The notes under the pieces: generated by a model
What the model saw: the letters and a program-made list of their open reading frames with translations, nothing else
What the model was told of the DNA's origin: nothing
The model's database searches: none
Assembly: GCA_040905815.1 (NCBI GenBank)
Contig: JBBDQT010000066.1
Coordinates: 1-46,565, forward strand
DNA length: 46,565 nucleotides
From: Acidimicrobiales bacterium
Lineage (GTDB): Bacteria > Actinomycetota > Acidimicrobiia > Acidimicrobiales > CADCSY01
Direction: 5' to 3'
Made by a program: the position numbers and the translations under genes
Shown: piece after piece, positions 9,349 through 19,667 of the stretch
How positions within the stretch are numbered: the stretch's first letter is position 1
How the letters are laid out: each line of letters opens with the position of its first letter

Positions 9349-10760
9349 CGATCTTGATCAAGGGAGGCACGGTGGTGGGCCCCACCGGCTCCATGCTCGC
9401 CGACGTGCTCATCGACGGCGAGACGATCGCCGCCGTGGTCGCGCCGGGTTCCACGGCGCTCGGCAGCGACCTCGCGGCAGGCGCCGAGCGGGTCATCGAC
9501 GCGACCGGCCGCTATGTCATCCCTGGCGGTGTCGACTGCCACACCCACATGGAGCTGCCCTTCGGCGGCACCAAGGCGTCGGACACCTTCGAGACCGGCA
9601 CGCGGGCGGCGGCGTGGGGTGGCACGACGACGATCATCGACTTCGCCGTGCAGCGCTACGGCGAGCGCGTGCAGGACGCCCTCGCCGAGTGGCACGCCAA
9701 GGCCGACGGCGGGTGCGCGATCGACTACGGGTTCCACCAGATCATCGGTGGTGTCGACGACGACTCGCTCAAAGCGATGGACGAGCTCGTCGACGAGGGC
9801 ATCACCAGCGTCAAGCTGTTCATGGCGTACCCGGGCGTCCTCTACAGCGACGACGGCCAGATCCTCCGTGCAATGCAGACGGCGGCCGGCAACGGCTCGC
9901 TGATCATGATGCACGCCGAGAACGGCATCGCCATCGACGTGCTGATCAAGCAGGCTCTGGCGCGGGGCGACACCGAGCCGAAGCACCACTCCTACACCCG
10001 GCCGTGGGAGACCGAGGCCGAGGCGACGCACCGCGCCATCATGCTGGCCCGGCTCGCCGGCGCACCGCTCTACGTCGTCCACATGTCGGCCAAGCAGGCC
10101 GTCGCCTGTGTCGCCGAGGCGCGGAACGAGGGCTTCAACGTCTTCGGCGAGACCTGCCCCCAGTACCTGTACCTGTCGCTCGAGGAGCACCTGTCGGGAC
10201 CGGGCTTCGAGGGCGCCAAGTACGTCTGCTCGACGCCGCTGCGGGCGCGGGAGGAGGGCCACCACGACGAGCTGTGGCGGTACCTCCGCACGAACGACCT
10301 GTCAGTCGTGTCCACCGACCACTGCCCGTTCTGCTTCAAGGAGCAAAAGGAGCTCGGCCTCGGGAACTTCTCCGCGATCCCGAACGGCATCGGCGGCGTC
10401 GAGCACCGGATGGACCTCATCTACCAGGGTGTGGTGGACGGCCAGATCAGCCTCGAGCGGTGGGTCGAGCTGTGCTCCACCACGCCCGCCCGCATGTTCG
10501 GGCTCCACCCCCGGAAGGGCCTGATCGCGCCGGGGGCCGACGCGGACGTCGTCGTGTACGACCCGGACGGCACGACCCGCATCAGCGTCGAGACCCACCA
10601 CATGAACATGGACCACTCCGCCTACGAGGGCACCGTCGTGCAGGGCAAGGTCGAGACGGTGCTCTCCCGCGGCACCGTGGTGGTCGAGGGCGACGCCTAC
10701 GTCGGCCGCAAGGGCCACGGGCGCTACCTCAAGCGCGGGCAGAGTGCGTACTTGATCTGA
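9345..10760 (+). CDS. hydA: Dihydropyrimidinase (D-hydantoinase)
   Basis: PGGVDCHTH, GGTTT, KLFMAY, HAENG, ETCPQYL, STDHCPF; ATGA-coupled start at 9345. Confidence 0.93.
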   Translation: MTILIKGGTVVGPTGSMLADVLIDGETIAAVVAPGSTALGSDLAAGAERVIDATGRYVIPGGVDCHTHMELPFGGTKASDTFETGTRAAAWGGTTTIIDFAVQRYGERVQDALAEWHAKADGGCAIDYGFHQIIGGVDDDSLKAMDELVDEGITSVKLFMAYPGVLYSDDGQILRAMQTAAGNGSLIMMHAENGIAIDVLIKQALARGDTEPKHHSYTRPWETEAEATHRAIMLARLAGAPLYVVHMSAKQAVACVAEARNEGFNVFGETCPQYLYLSLEEHLSGPGFEGAKYVCSTPLRAREEGHHDELWRYLRTNDLSVVSTDHCPFCFKEQKELGLGNFSAIPNGIGGVEHRMDLIYQGVVDGQISLERWVELCSTTPARMFGLHPRKGLIAPGADADVVVYDPDGTTRISVETHHMNMDHSAYEGTVVQGKVETVLSRGTVVVEGDAYVGRKGHGRYLKRGQSAYLI

Positions 10761-10809
10761 TGCGCCCTGACCTGATGCGAGTGCCCGGCGTGGTGAGGAA
10801 GGCGGACTG

Positions 10810-12288
10810 ATGCGAGAGATCGAGCACTGGATCGGCGGCAAGCGGACGCCCGGCAGCTCCGGTCGCACCGCTCCGGTCTACGACCCTGCGACAGGGCGTC
10901 AACAGGCCGAGGTGGCGCTCGCGTCGATCGCCGAGGTCGACGAGGCGGTCGCCGTCGCGGCAGCCGCCTTCCCGGCCTGGCGCGACACGCCCCTGTCCAA
11001 GCGCACCGACGTGTTCTTCCGCTTCCGCCACCTGCTCGAGGAGCATGCCGGGGAGCTCGCCGCCCTGCTGACGAGCGAGCACGGCAAGGTCAGGGGCGAC
11101 GCCGCCGGCGAGCTGGCCCGCGGCCTCGAGAACGTCGAGTTCGCGTGCGGCATCGCCCACCTCCTCAAGGGCGGTCACTCGGAGCAGGCGGCGACCGGGG
11201 TCGACGTGCACTCGCTGCGCCAGCCGCTCGGCGTCGTCGCCGGCATCACTCCGTTCAACTTCCCGGCGATGGTCCCGCTGTGGATGCTCTCCAACGCCAT
11301 CTCCTGTGGCAACGCCTTCGTGCTCAAGCCCAGCGAGAAGGACCCCTCCCCGTCACTGCGCATCGCCGAGCTGCTCACCGAGGCGGGCCTGCCCGACGGG
11401 GTCTGCAACGTGGTGCACGGCGACAAGGTGGCCGTCGACCGCCTCCTCGAGCACCCGGACGTGGCGGCGGTCAGCTTCGTAGGCTCCACGCCGATCGCGA
11501 AGTACGTCTACGAGACCGGCACCTCCCACGGCAAGCGCGTGCAGGCGCTCGGCGGCGCGAAGAACCACATGGTCGTCCTCCCTGACGCCGACATCGACAT
11601 GGCGGCCGATGCCGCGGTCTCGGCGGCGTACGGCTCCGCCGGTGAGCGGTGCATGTCGGTGAGCGTCGTCGTCGCCGTCGGAGACGTCGCCGACCCGCTC
11701 GTCGATGCGATCGCCAGCCGCCTCCCCAGCCTGAAGATCGGGCCGGGCGACGACCCGGAGTCGGAGATGGGCCCGCTCATCACCAGGGAGCACCGGGACA
11801 AGGTGGCGTCGTACCTCGAGCGGGGCGGTGGCAGGCTCGTCATCGACGGCCGCGACCACGAGGTGCCCGGCGAGGGGTTCTTCCTCGGTGTCTCGCTGGT
11901 CGACGACGTGGAGCCGGGGATGCCCGTCTACGACGACGAGATCTTCGGGCCGGTCCTCTCCGTCGTGCGGGTGCCGACCTATGCCGACGCCCTTCACATG
12001 GTGAACGAGAACCCGTACGGGAACGGAACCGCGATCTTCACCCGCGACGGTGGCGCGGCGCGCCAGTACCAGCACGAGGTCGTCTGCGGGATGGTCGGCG
12101 TGAACGTCCCCATCCCCGTCCCCGTCGCCTACTACTCCTTCGGCGGGTGGAAGGCGTCGCTCTTCGGCGACACCGCCGTGTACGGGCCGTCCGGCGTCGA
12201 CTTCTACACGCGCACGAAGGTCGTCACGTCCCGGTGGCCGGACCCGTCGACGTCCGCTGTCGACCTCGGGTTCCCGAGGACGAGGTGA
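10810..12288 (+). CDS. mmsA: CoA-acylating (methyl)malonate-semialdehyde dehydrogenase
   Basis: ITPFNFPAMVP, LKPSEKDP, FVGST, GGAKNH, AGERCM, EIFGPV. Confidence 0.93.
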   Translation: MREIEHWIGGKRTPGSSGRTAPVYDPATGRQQAEVALASIAEVDEAVAVAAAAFPAWRDTPLSKRTDVFFRFRHLLEEHAGELAALLTSEHGKVRGDAAGELARGLENVEFACGIAHLLKGGHSEQAATGVDVHSLRQPLGVVAGITPFNFPAMVPLWMLSNAISCGNAFVLKPSEKDPSPSLRIAELLTEAGLPDGVCNVVHGDKVAVDRLLEHPDVAAVSFVGSTPIAKYVYETGTSHGKRVQALGGAKNHMVVLPDADIDMAADAAVSAAYGSAGERCMSVSVVVAVGDVADPLVDAIASRLPSLKIGPGDDPESEMGPLITREHRDKVASYLERGGGRLVIDGRDHEVPGEGFFLGVSLVDDVEPGMPVYDDEIFGPVLSVVRVPTYADALHMVNENPYGNGTAIFTRDGGAARQYQHEVVCGMVGVNVPIPVPVAYYSFGGWKASLFGDTAVYGPSGVDFYTRTKVVTSRWPDPSTSAVDLGFPRTR

Positions 12289-12295
12289 GGTGACG

Positions 12296-13321
12296 ATGGA
12301 CTTCGGCGTCGTGCTGCAGACGAACCCTCCCGCGTGGCGCGTCGTCGACCTTGCGACGCAGGCCGAGCACCTCGGCTTCAGCCACGTGTGGACGTTCGAC
12401 TCGCACCTGCTGTGGGAGGAGCCGTACGTCATCTACAGCCAGATCCTCTCGAACACCCACCGGATGCTGGTCGGCCCCATGGTGACGAACCCGGCGACGC
12501 GGGACTGGACGGTCACGGCGTCCCACTTCGCCACCCTCAACGAGATGTTCGGCAACCGGACGGTCTGCGGGATCGGCCGGGGCGACTCGGCGGTGCGGGT
12601 CACGAACGGCAAGCCGACGACGCTCGCCACGCTGAGGGAGGCCATCGGGGTCATCCGTGGGCTCGCCAACGGGGAGGAGGTCTCTTACAAGGGCTCGTCG
12701 ATCCGGTTCCCGTGGAGCAGCGGCAGCGCCCTGGAGGTGTGGGTGGCGGCGTACGGGCCCAAGGCGCTGCAGCTCGCCGGCGAGGTCGGCGACGGGTTCA
12801 TCCTCCAGCTCGCCGATCCTGACGTGACGGCGTGGTCGATCGGGGCGGTGCGCCGAGCGGCCGAGGCCGCGGGCCGTGACCCCGACTCGCTCACGATCTG
12901 CGTGGCGGCACCGGCGTACGTCGGTGACGACCTCGCCCACCAGCGCGACCAGTGCCGCTGGTTCGGCGGCATGGTCGGCAACCACGTCGCCGACATCGTG
13001 GCGCGCTATGGCGCCGACGACGGAATGGTCCCCCCCGCGCTCACGACCTACATCGAGGGCAGGCGCGGCTACGACTACAACGAGCACGGCCGTGCGGGGA
13101 ACACCCACGCCGACTTCGTGCCCGACGAGATCGTCGACCGCTTCTGCCTCCTGGGCCCGGCCGAGGCCCACGTCGCGCGGCTCGAGGAGCTGCGCTCGCT
13201 CGGCGTCGACCAGTTCGCCATCTACCTCCAGCACGACGGCAAGGAACAGACGCTCCAGGCGTACGGCGAGCACGTGATCCCGGTGATCAACGCCCCGGTG
13301 GCCGCCAAGGGCGGCGCGTAG
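12296..13321 (+). CDS. LLM-class (probably F420-dependent) oxidoreductase, TIGR03842-like
   Basis: MDFGVVLQT.PP, WTFDSH.LW.EP, GIGRGDSA, WFGGMVGNHV; context with hydA and ureidopropionase is typical of this family. Confidence 0.85.
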   Translation: MDFGVVLQTNPPAWRVVDLATQAEHLGFSHVWTFDSHLLWEEPYVIYSQILSNTHRMLVGPMVTNPATRDWTVTASHFATLNEMFGNRTVCGIGRGDSAVRVTNGKPTTLATLREAIGVIRGLANGEEVSYKGSSIRFPWSSGSALEVWVAAYGPKALQLAGEVGDGFILQLADPDVTAWSIGAVRRAAEAAGRDPDSLTICVAAPAYVGDDLAHQRDQCRWFGGMVGNHVADIVARYGADDGMVPPALTTYIEGRRGYDYNEHGRAGNTHADFVPDEIVDRFCLLGPAEAHVARLEELRSLGVDQFAIYLQHDGKEQTLQAYGEHVIPVINAPVAAKGGA

Positions 13322-13333
13322 TCGGCGCGCCGA

Positions 13334-13378
13334 GGGGCCGGGTCCGAGCAGGGGAACGCCTCCACCGGACCCGGTCCC
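13334..13378 (+). terminator. GC-rich stem-loop after the pyrimidine operon
   Basis: GGGGCCGGGTCCG (13334-46) pairs with CGGACCCGGTCCC (13366-78) with one G-U; starts 12 nt after the stop; no U tract. Confidence 0.5.
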
Positions 13379-13462
13379 CCGCCGCGGCCCGGGGTCCGAG
13401 TTGGAGCGCAGGGTGCGCCTGAGCGACCGTGGGCGGCGGTGAGACGGGGGTACGGGGGGACG

Positions 13463-14218
13463 ATGAACTGGCTGGAGCCGACGAGGCTGATCGACGACGT
13501 GCTCGCCCCCTACCGCGATGTCGACCGCACGCCGCCCACCGGACGGGCGTGGATCCTCGCCAACATGGTGGCTGGCCTCGACGGCAGCACCGCCATCGGT
13601 GGACGCGTCGGCCAGCTGTCGAGCCCCAGCGACGCGGCGCTGTTCAAGCTGCTCCGCTCGGTCGCCGACGTCGTCCTGGTGGGAGCGGAGACCGTCCGAC
13701 GGGAGCGCTACGGGCCCGTGCGCCTCCCCGACGAGGTCAAGGCGGCGCGGGAGGCTGCGGGCAAGCCGCCGGTGCCGCCGGTCGCCGTGGTGACCCGCTC
13801 GCTCGATCTCGACTGGTCGGCTCCCCTCTTCAGCGAGGCCCACGAGGCGTCTCCCACGATGTTGGTGACGTGCGACGCCGCGCCGGAGGATCGGTTGGCG
13901 CAGGCGCGCCGGCACGCCCCTGTGCTCGTCGCGGGTGCTGAGCGCGTCGAGCCGGAGGCGGCGGTGGCGGCGCTGACCGAGCGAGGGGCGAGCACGGTGC
14001 TCTGCGAAGGTGGCCCCACGCTGCTCGGCGAGCTCGTCGCCGCCCACCTCCTCGACGAGCTGTGCCTCACGATGGAGCCCTTGATGGGTGGCGATCCACT
14101 CCCTGTCGCTGTGTCCGCTGGCTCGACCGATCCGAAGCGCTACCGGATGGCCCACGCCCTGATGGATGGCAACACGCTCTTCCTCCGCTACCTCTCCGAA
14201 CCCGCTCCGGCGCGATGA
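13463..14218 (+). CDS. RibD C-terminal / DHFR-fold pyrimidine reductase family protein (Rv2671-like)
   Basis: NMVAGLDG, LR..ADVVLVGAETVR.E.Y, VLCEGGPTL, DELCLT. Confidence 0.85.
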   Translation: MNWLEPTRLIDDVLAPYRDVDRTPPTGRAWILANMVAGLDGSTAIGGRVGQLSSPSDAALFKLLRSVADVVLVGAETVRRERYGPVRLPDEVKAAREAAGKPPVPPVAVVTRSLDLDWSAPLFSEAHEASPTMLVTCDAAPEDRLAQARRHAPVLVAGAERVEPEAAVAALTERGASTVLCEGGPTLLGELVAAHLLDELCLTMEPLMGGDPLPVAVSAGSTDPKRYRMAHALMDGNTLFLRYLSEPAPAR

Positions 14219-14289
14219 CCGCGGACGTGCCGGAGGCGTTCAGCGCTGTGGTCGCGCGGCTCGACCCGCCGACCGAGCGCGCCGTCTGA
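14215..14289 (+). pseudogene. Truncated 24-codon gene remnant, possibly the N-terminus of a flavin reductase-like protein
   Basis: ATGA-coupled to the upstream stop; MTADVPEAFSAVVARLDPP resembles the 'F..LV..LD.PM.VVT' start of actinobacterial flavin reductases, then stops. Confidence 0.4.
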
Positions 14290-14333
14290 TCGTGTAGCCG
14301 AGATGGACGGACCGGCGAGCTGCACGTGGGCTC

Positions 14334-14388
14334 TTGACACCCGCGAATGGGTGGGCGACACTCTTCATAGTAATTATCATCAGAGATC
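14334..14388 (+). promoter_or_regulatory. Promoter and operator region of the catabolic island
   Basis: Perfect TTGACA at 14334-39, 17-nt spacer, GACACT; followed by the AT-rich tract CATAGTAATTATCATCAG. Confidence 0.45.
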
Positions 14389-14452
14389 GCTCCGGAGCCC
14401 GAGATCCATCACCAGCGGCGCCATCAAGGTGCGGTCACACAAAGGGGGTCCC

Positions 14453-15502
14453 ATGAGGACACGTTCGAAGGGCTTCGCCCTACTACTCGCTTTCCTCCTC
14501 GCCGCCAGTGCCTGCGGTGGAGGTGATGACGATGCCGGCGTGGGTGCGGGTGAGAACTCCTCAGGCGCGACGACAACGGCAGCTGGAGCGGGGAGCGACG
14601 AGCCAGCAGAGTCGGTTTCGTTCCAGCTCGCCATGGGATCTCCCGGACTCTCCGGGACGTTGATCCAAGAGGCACTCGTGCGGATGAACGAGAAGTACGG
14701 TCATGACGGCGAGTTCGTGGAGATCGCCGACTCGGACCTGGTGGTCCAAGGCGCCGCTCAGGGGCAGTTCCAGATGGGGAGCTCCAGCACGGCTTCGGTC
14801 ATGAAGGTGATTCAGAACGGCGCTCCACTGAAGTTCATCGGCGAGCTCGCTCGGAACCAATGGACTTTACAGGCCAAAGCAGGGATCGAGAGCTGTGCGG
14901 ACATCGACGGGAAGCGCCTGGGTCTTCACAGCCCAGGTGGCGTGAGCACCGCCCTGTACCGGGCGTGGTACAAGCGGAACTGCGATGGCGAGAAGCCGGA
15001 CGAGCTCTACATCGAAGGCTCTCCGAACAGATTCCAAGCACTCCTCGCCGACCAGGTCGATGTCTCAATGATCGAGGTCGAGGATGCAATAGACCTTCCG
15101 GAGGACGGTTACACGATGTTGGCCAACTTCAGCAAGGAGCTGAGCGACATCAAGGTCGGTCTCATCTATGCCAATCAGGACTTCATCGACGAACACCCCG
15201 ACGTCGTCGAGGCGTTCATGACCGAGCTCACTGCAGTTCAGCAGGAGGTCAACGACGACCCAGCCTTCTTCGAGGAGCTAGCACGGACGTACGAACCTGA
15301 CATCGGCGAGAAGACCGCTGCTGCCGTCGAGGCCTACATCGAGGGTGGTCTCATCCCGGACGACGGTGGCTTCACCGAGAAGGACGTCGAGTCCAGCATC
15401 GCCCTCTACGTCGAGGCGGGCACCCTCGACGGGCCGTCACCGCCCGGAGAGATGATGGACCGAAGCTTCCTCGAGAAGGCCCTCGAGAACTTGAGCAGCT
15501 GA
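14453..15502 (+). CDS. ABC substrate-binding lipoprotein, SsuA/TauA/NMT1 family
   Basis: Lipobox AASAC; NMT1-like segments (DIDGKRLG, ANQDFIDEHPDVV); heads an operon with a matching ATPase and permeases. Confidence 0.85.
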   Translation: MRTRSKGFALLLAFLLAASACGGGDDDAGVGAGENSSGATTTAAGAGSDEPAESVSFQLAMGSPGLSGTLIQEALVRMNEKYGHDGEFVEIADSDLVVQGAAQGQFQMGSSSTASVMKVIQNGAPLKFIGELARNQWTLQAKAGIESCADIDGKRLGLHSPGGVSTALYRAWYKRNCDGEKPDELYIEGSPNRFQALLADQVDVSMIEVEDAIDLPEDGYTMLANFSKELSDIKVGLIYANQDFIDEHPDVVEAFMTELTAVQQEVNDDPAFFEELARTYEPDIGEKTAAAVEAYIEGGLIPDDGGFTEKDVESSIALYVEAGTLDGPSPPGEMMDRSFLEKALENLSS

Positions 15503-15513
15503 GGGCCATCACC

Positions 15514-16386
15514 ATGGCACACGCCCGAGTCGACTCCGCTGAACTGCTGAGCGGACCCGCAGCCGCAGTCAGGCCGCCGAAGGAACCTCGCCGCGCAGGC
15601 GGACGCTCGCTGCCGGCTCGGGTGGTCAACAGCGGTGCCGTGGTGAAGCTGGTGCCCGCCATCGCTTTCCTCTTGCTGTGGGAGTTGGCAGCGAACTGGC
15701 AGAACTCCCTGCTCATTCCCAATGCCTCCACGACGCTCAGGAGCGTCGTGGAGGTCCTGGGCACGGGCGAGACGTGGTCCGCACTCTGGATCAGCAACCA
15801 GGCGCTGCTCTTCGGTTTCGGGGCGGCACTCCTCACGGGCATACCCAGCGGACTCCTGATGGGGCGTGTCCGAGCCATCGAGAAGATGGCAGACGTGTGG
15901 ATCAACGTCTTGGTCGTCCTCCCGATGGCCATGCTGATGCCCATCATCATCATGTCCCTCGGGTTCGATCTGCGGGCTCGCTCGTTGGTCGTTCTGCTGT
16001 TCGCCTACCCGATGGTCGCTGTGAACAGCAGGGCGGGGGTGCGGGAGGTACCCGTGGAGCTGATCGAGATGTCCCGGGTCTTCGGTGCCAACGAGCGGGA
16101 GATCTGGCAGAAGGTGCTTCTCTACGCTGCCGCTCCTGCGATCTGGACCGGCATCCGGATCGGTCTCGGCCGCGCGATCACCGGGATGATCCTTGGGGAG
16201 CTCCTCCTCGTCGCGGTAGGGATCGGCAGGCTGCTTCAGCTCTACAAGGGCAGCTTCGAACCGGCAAACACGTACGCGCTCGTGACGATCGTGGTCGCAG
16301 AGTCCTTGCTCTTGATGTCCCTCGTCCGGCGCACCGAACGCCGGATGATCCCGTGGGCGCACACGAGCGTCTTCACGAGCAGCTGA
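15514..16386 (+). CDS. ABC permease, SsuC/TauC family
   Basis: LLWE motif, GIP.GLLMG, EAA loop (EMSRVFGAN), GIRIGLGRA..G.ILGE. Confidence 0.9.
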   Translation: MAHARVDSAELLSGPAAAVRPPKEPRRAGGRSLPARVVNSGAVVKLVPAIAFLLLWELAANWQNSLLIPNASTTLRSVVEVLGTGETWSALWISNQALLFGFGAALLTGIPSGLLMGRVRAIEKMADVWINVLVVLPMAMLMPIIIMSLGFDLRARSLVVLLFAYPMVAVNSRAGVREVPVELIEMSRVFGANEREIWQKVLLYAAAPAIWTGIRIGLGRAITGMILGELLLVAVGIGRLLQLYKGSFEPANTYALVTIVVAESLLLMSLVRRTERRMIPWAHTSVFTSS

Positions 16387-16413
16387 GCGCCCGGTGTCCC
16401 CGAGGAGAGCGAC

Positions 16414-17207
<794 letters not shown>

Positions 17208-17211
<4 letters not shown>

Positions 17212-18107
17212 TCGCGCGGCCAGAGGTCAACGATGCCAGCGCAGGCCTCGCTGAGCCGACCCCGGGTCCGCCGGCACGAGCTGCCATCGCCTACGAGTCC
17301 GTGCTGCTGCCGAAAAGCCGTCCGCCACGCTGGACCTGGCCGCTCAGTCGCGTCTACCGGGGCGACGGCTTCTTCAACGCGTTGTCGCTCGCGGCGGGGC
17401 TCGCCATCTGGGAGATCCTGGGACGTAGCCTCGACTTGATCTACCTGCCGCCCTTCAGCAACGTGCTGCGCCGCCTGGTGGAGCTGACGGCAGACGGCCG
17501 CATCCTCAGTGACCTTGCTCGGAGCCTTCAGAACCTGGGCCTCGGCTTCGGCATCGCAGCCGTGATGGGCATCTTGGTGGGGACGCTGATGGGTCGTTAC
17601 ACGATCATCGAGCGGATGCTCGACCCGTACGTATACGGGTTCATGACCTCGCCGACGATCGTGTTCGCACCGATCTACTTCTCCATCTTCGGACTGCAGC
17701 GGTGGGCGATCGTCGCCCTGATCATCCAGTACGCCGTCTTCATCGTCGTCGTCAACACGGTGACGGCGGTCAAGAGCGTCGACCGCGAGCTGCTCGAGAT
17801 GGCAGCCGTGTTCGGGTCGAACGAGCGTCAACGCATCCGCAAGATCGTCTTGCCAGGTGCGCTCCCGCTCATCATGGCGGGCCTCCGGCTGGCCATGGGA
17901 CGAGCGGTGAAGGGCATGATCAACGGCGAGCTGCTGATCGCCGTGGTGGGGTTGGGCGCGACGAGCCAGTCGTTCGCCCGGGCCTTCGACGCCGAGGGCG
18001 TCTTCGCCGTCCTCATGGTCGTGGTGGTCGTGGCCCTCGTCGCCGTGAAGATCGTCGAGATCGTCGACAAGCGGCTGAACGGATGGCTGCCGAACGCGCA
18101 GCGATGA
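17208..18107 (+). CDS. ABC permease, SsuC/TauC family
   Basis: AIWE, EMAAVFGSN, KIVLPGALP.IMAGLRL; GTGA overlap. Confidence 0.9.
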
Positions 18108-18199
18108 GGGGAGCGTCCGCCGCCTCGAAACGAGCGTTGTGGTGGCGGGGCGGGCAAGAGAATCAGACATGACAACCGTGCGAAACGAGAGGAAGAGCC

Positions 18200-19333
18200 A
18201 TGACGAGCTATCGCTACATCTCTGCGGACAACCATCTGGATCTCAAGTGGATGCCACCTGACCTGTGGCAGGCGAGGGTGCCGAGCCAGTACCGGGACCG
18301 GGCGCCGAAGGTCGTGGAGCACGACGGAAGCCAGGTGTGGACGTGGGAGGAGAAGTTCCACGGCCCGTCGGCGTCAGGCGAGAGCAACCTCGGCGAGCTG
18401 CAGGAAAGTGCGTTCGGCAAGGCCGACGTCGAGCTCGTGCCGGGTTCTCTGCCGCCGTCTGATGCCGAGATCCTGCTGTCGCACATGGATCGGGCGGAGA
18501 TCTGGAGCCACATGATCTACGGGCCCACGCGCAAGCAGCGCTTCGACGACCTCGAGCTCGACCTGGTCTGCAATCGCGCCTACAACGATTTCCTCATCGA
18601 GCTCGGCTCCGCGGCACCCGAGCGGATCGTCGGTCTCATAAACGTCCCGAACAAGGATCCAGAGGGCTGCGTCGCTGAGGTGGAGCGGGTCGCCGCTGCC
18701 GGTGCAAAGGGCGTGGAGTTCAGCATCTACACCGCCGCGGAGCCGGTCTGGTCGCCCGTGTGGGAGCCGCTGTGGTCGGCCCTCGAGGAGACCGGCCTCG
18801 TGCTCGGCTTCCACATCGGTGCGGCGGCTGGGGAGCCGTACCCGCCGAACGAGTACGGCCGCTACCCGGCTCACTTCTGCTACAGCCCCTTCGCAACGCA
18901 GACTGCCATGGCCCAGATCATCTTCAGCGGGGCACTCGAGCGCCACCCGCAGCTCAAGGTGGTGTTCGGGGAGTGCCGCGTCGGATGGCTGCCCTTCTTC
19001 ATCGAGCACATGGACCGCCAAGCGCGCGAGCGACCGACGGACGTGCCGCTGTCGCTGCAGCCGAGCGAGTACTGGCAACGCCAAGTGGCGGCGACGTTCG
19101 AGGACGACGTGATCGGCGCCCAGCTGCTGAAGGAGGACTGGTCCCACCTCAAGGGCACGGTCATGTGGGGGGCGGACTACCCCCACAACCCGGTCTCCTG
19201 GCCCCGTACCAACGAGCTGATGGGCTGGTTGATGGAAGGCGTCGACCCCGACGTCGCCTACGACGCGCTCTACGGGCGAGCCGCCACCTTCTACGACATC
19301 GCACCGCCGCCCGGCGGTATCGACCGCATCTGA
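18200..19333 (+). CDS. Amidohydrolase_2 family metalloenzyme (ACMSD/LigI/LigW-like fold)
   Basis: ISADNH, RAYND, W.PLW.ALEE...FH, GWLPF, MWGADYPH. Confidence 0.85.
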   Translation: MTSYRYISADNHLDLKWMPPDLWQARVPSQYRDRAPKVVEHDGSQVWTWEEKFHGPSASGESNLGELQESAFGKADVELVPGSLPPSDAEILLSHMDRAEIWSHMIYGPTRKQRFDDLELDLVCNRAYNDFLIELGSAAPERIVGLINVPNKDPEGCVAEVERVAAAGAKGVEFSIYTAAEPVWSPVWEPLWSALEETGLVLGFHIGAAAGEPYPPNEYGRYPAHFCYSPFATQTAMAQIIFSGALERHPQLKVVFGECRVGWLPFFIEHMDRQARERPTDVPLSLQPSEYWQRQVAATFEDDVIGAQLLKEDWSHLKGTVMWGADYPHNPVSWPRTNELMGWLMEGVDPDVAYDALYGRAATFYDIAPPPGGIDRI

Positions 19334-19355
19334 CCGCAACTCATCGGAGAGAACA

Positions 19356-19667
19356 ATGGCACTGGTCGCCTACGTCAAACATCAGATCCAGAGCGGGAGG
19401 TTGGAAGAAGCAGCCGACCGCATCAACGGCAACGGAGCTCGCATGGCGGCACGTCCGGGCTTCGTCTCCCGGGACCTGCTGATTCGTCGGGACGGGACGG
19501 AGGAGCTGGCGACGGTCACGGTGTGGGAGAGCGAGCAGGCGTACGACGCCTGGGTCGAGCACAACCGGAGCGTCAACGTCCATGCCGGCTCCGACAGCCC
19601 CTACATCGGCTCACCGGAGACGACCCTGTACGTCCACTACGAAGCCGGAAAGGGAGCAAGCTCATGA
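19356..19667 (+). CDS. Antibiotic biosynthesis monooxygenase (ABM) family protein
   Basis: PGFVS..L...VTVWESEQAYDAW pattern; GGAG RBS. Confidence 0.8.
   Translation: MALVAYVKHQIQSGRLEEAADRINGNGARMAARPGFVSRDLLIRRDGTEELATVTVWESEQAYDAWVEHNRSVNVHAGSDSPYIGSPETTLYVHYEAGKGASS

Noticed and set aside
12224-14155. Long antisense ORFs (also 16242-18170, 40681-42534, 44582-46072)
   Set aside because: Shadow ORFs typical of high-GC DNA, lying opposite well-supported genes and lacking recognisable motifs
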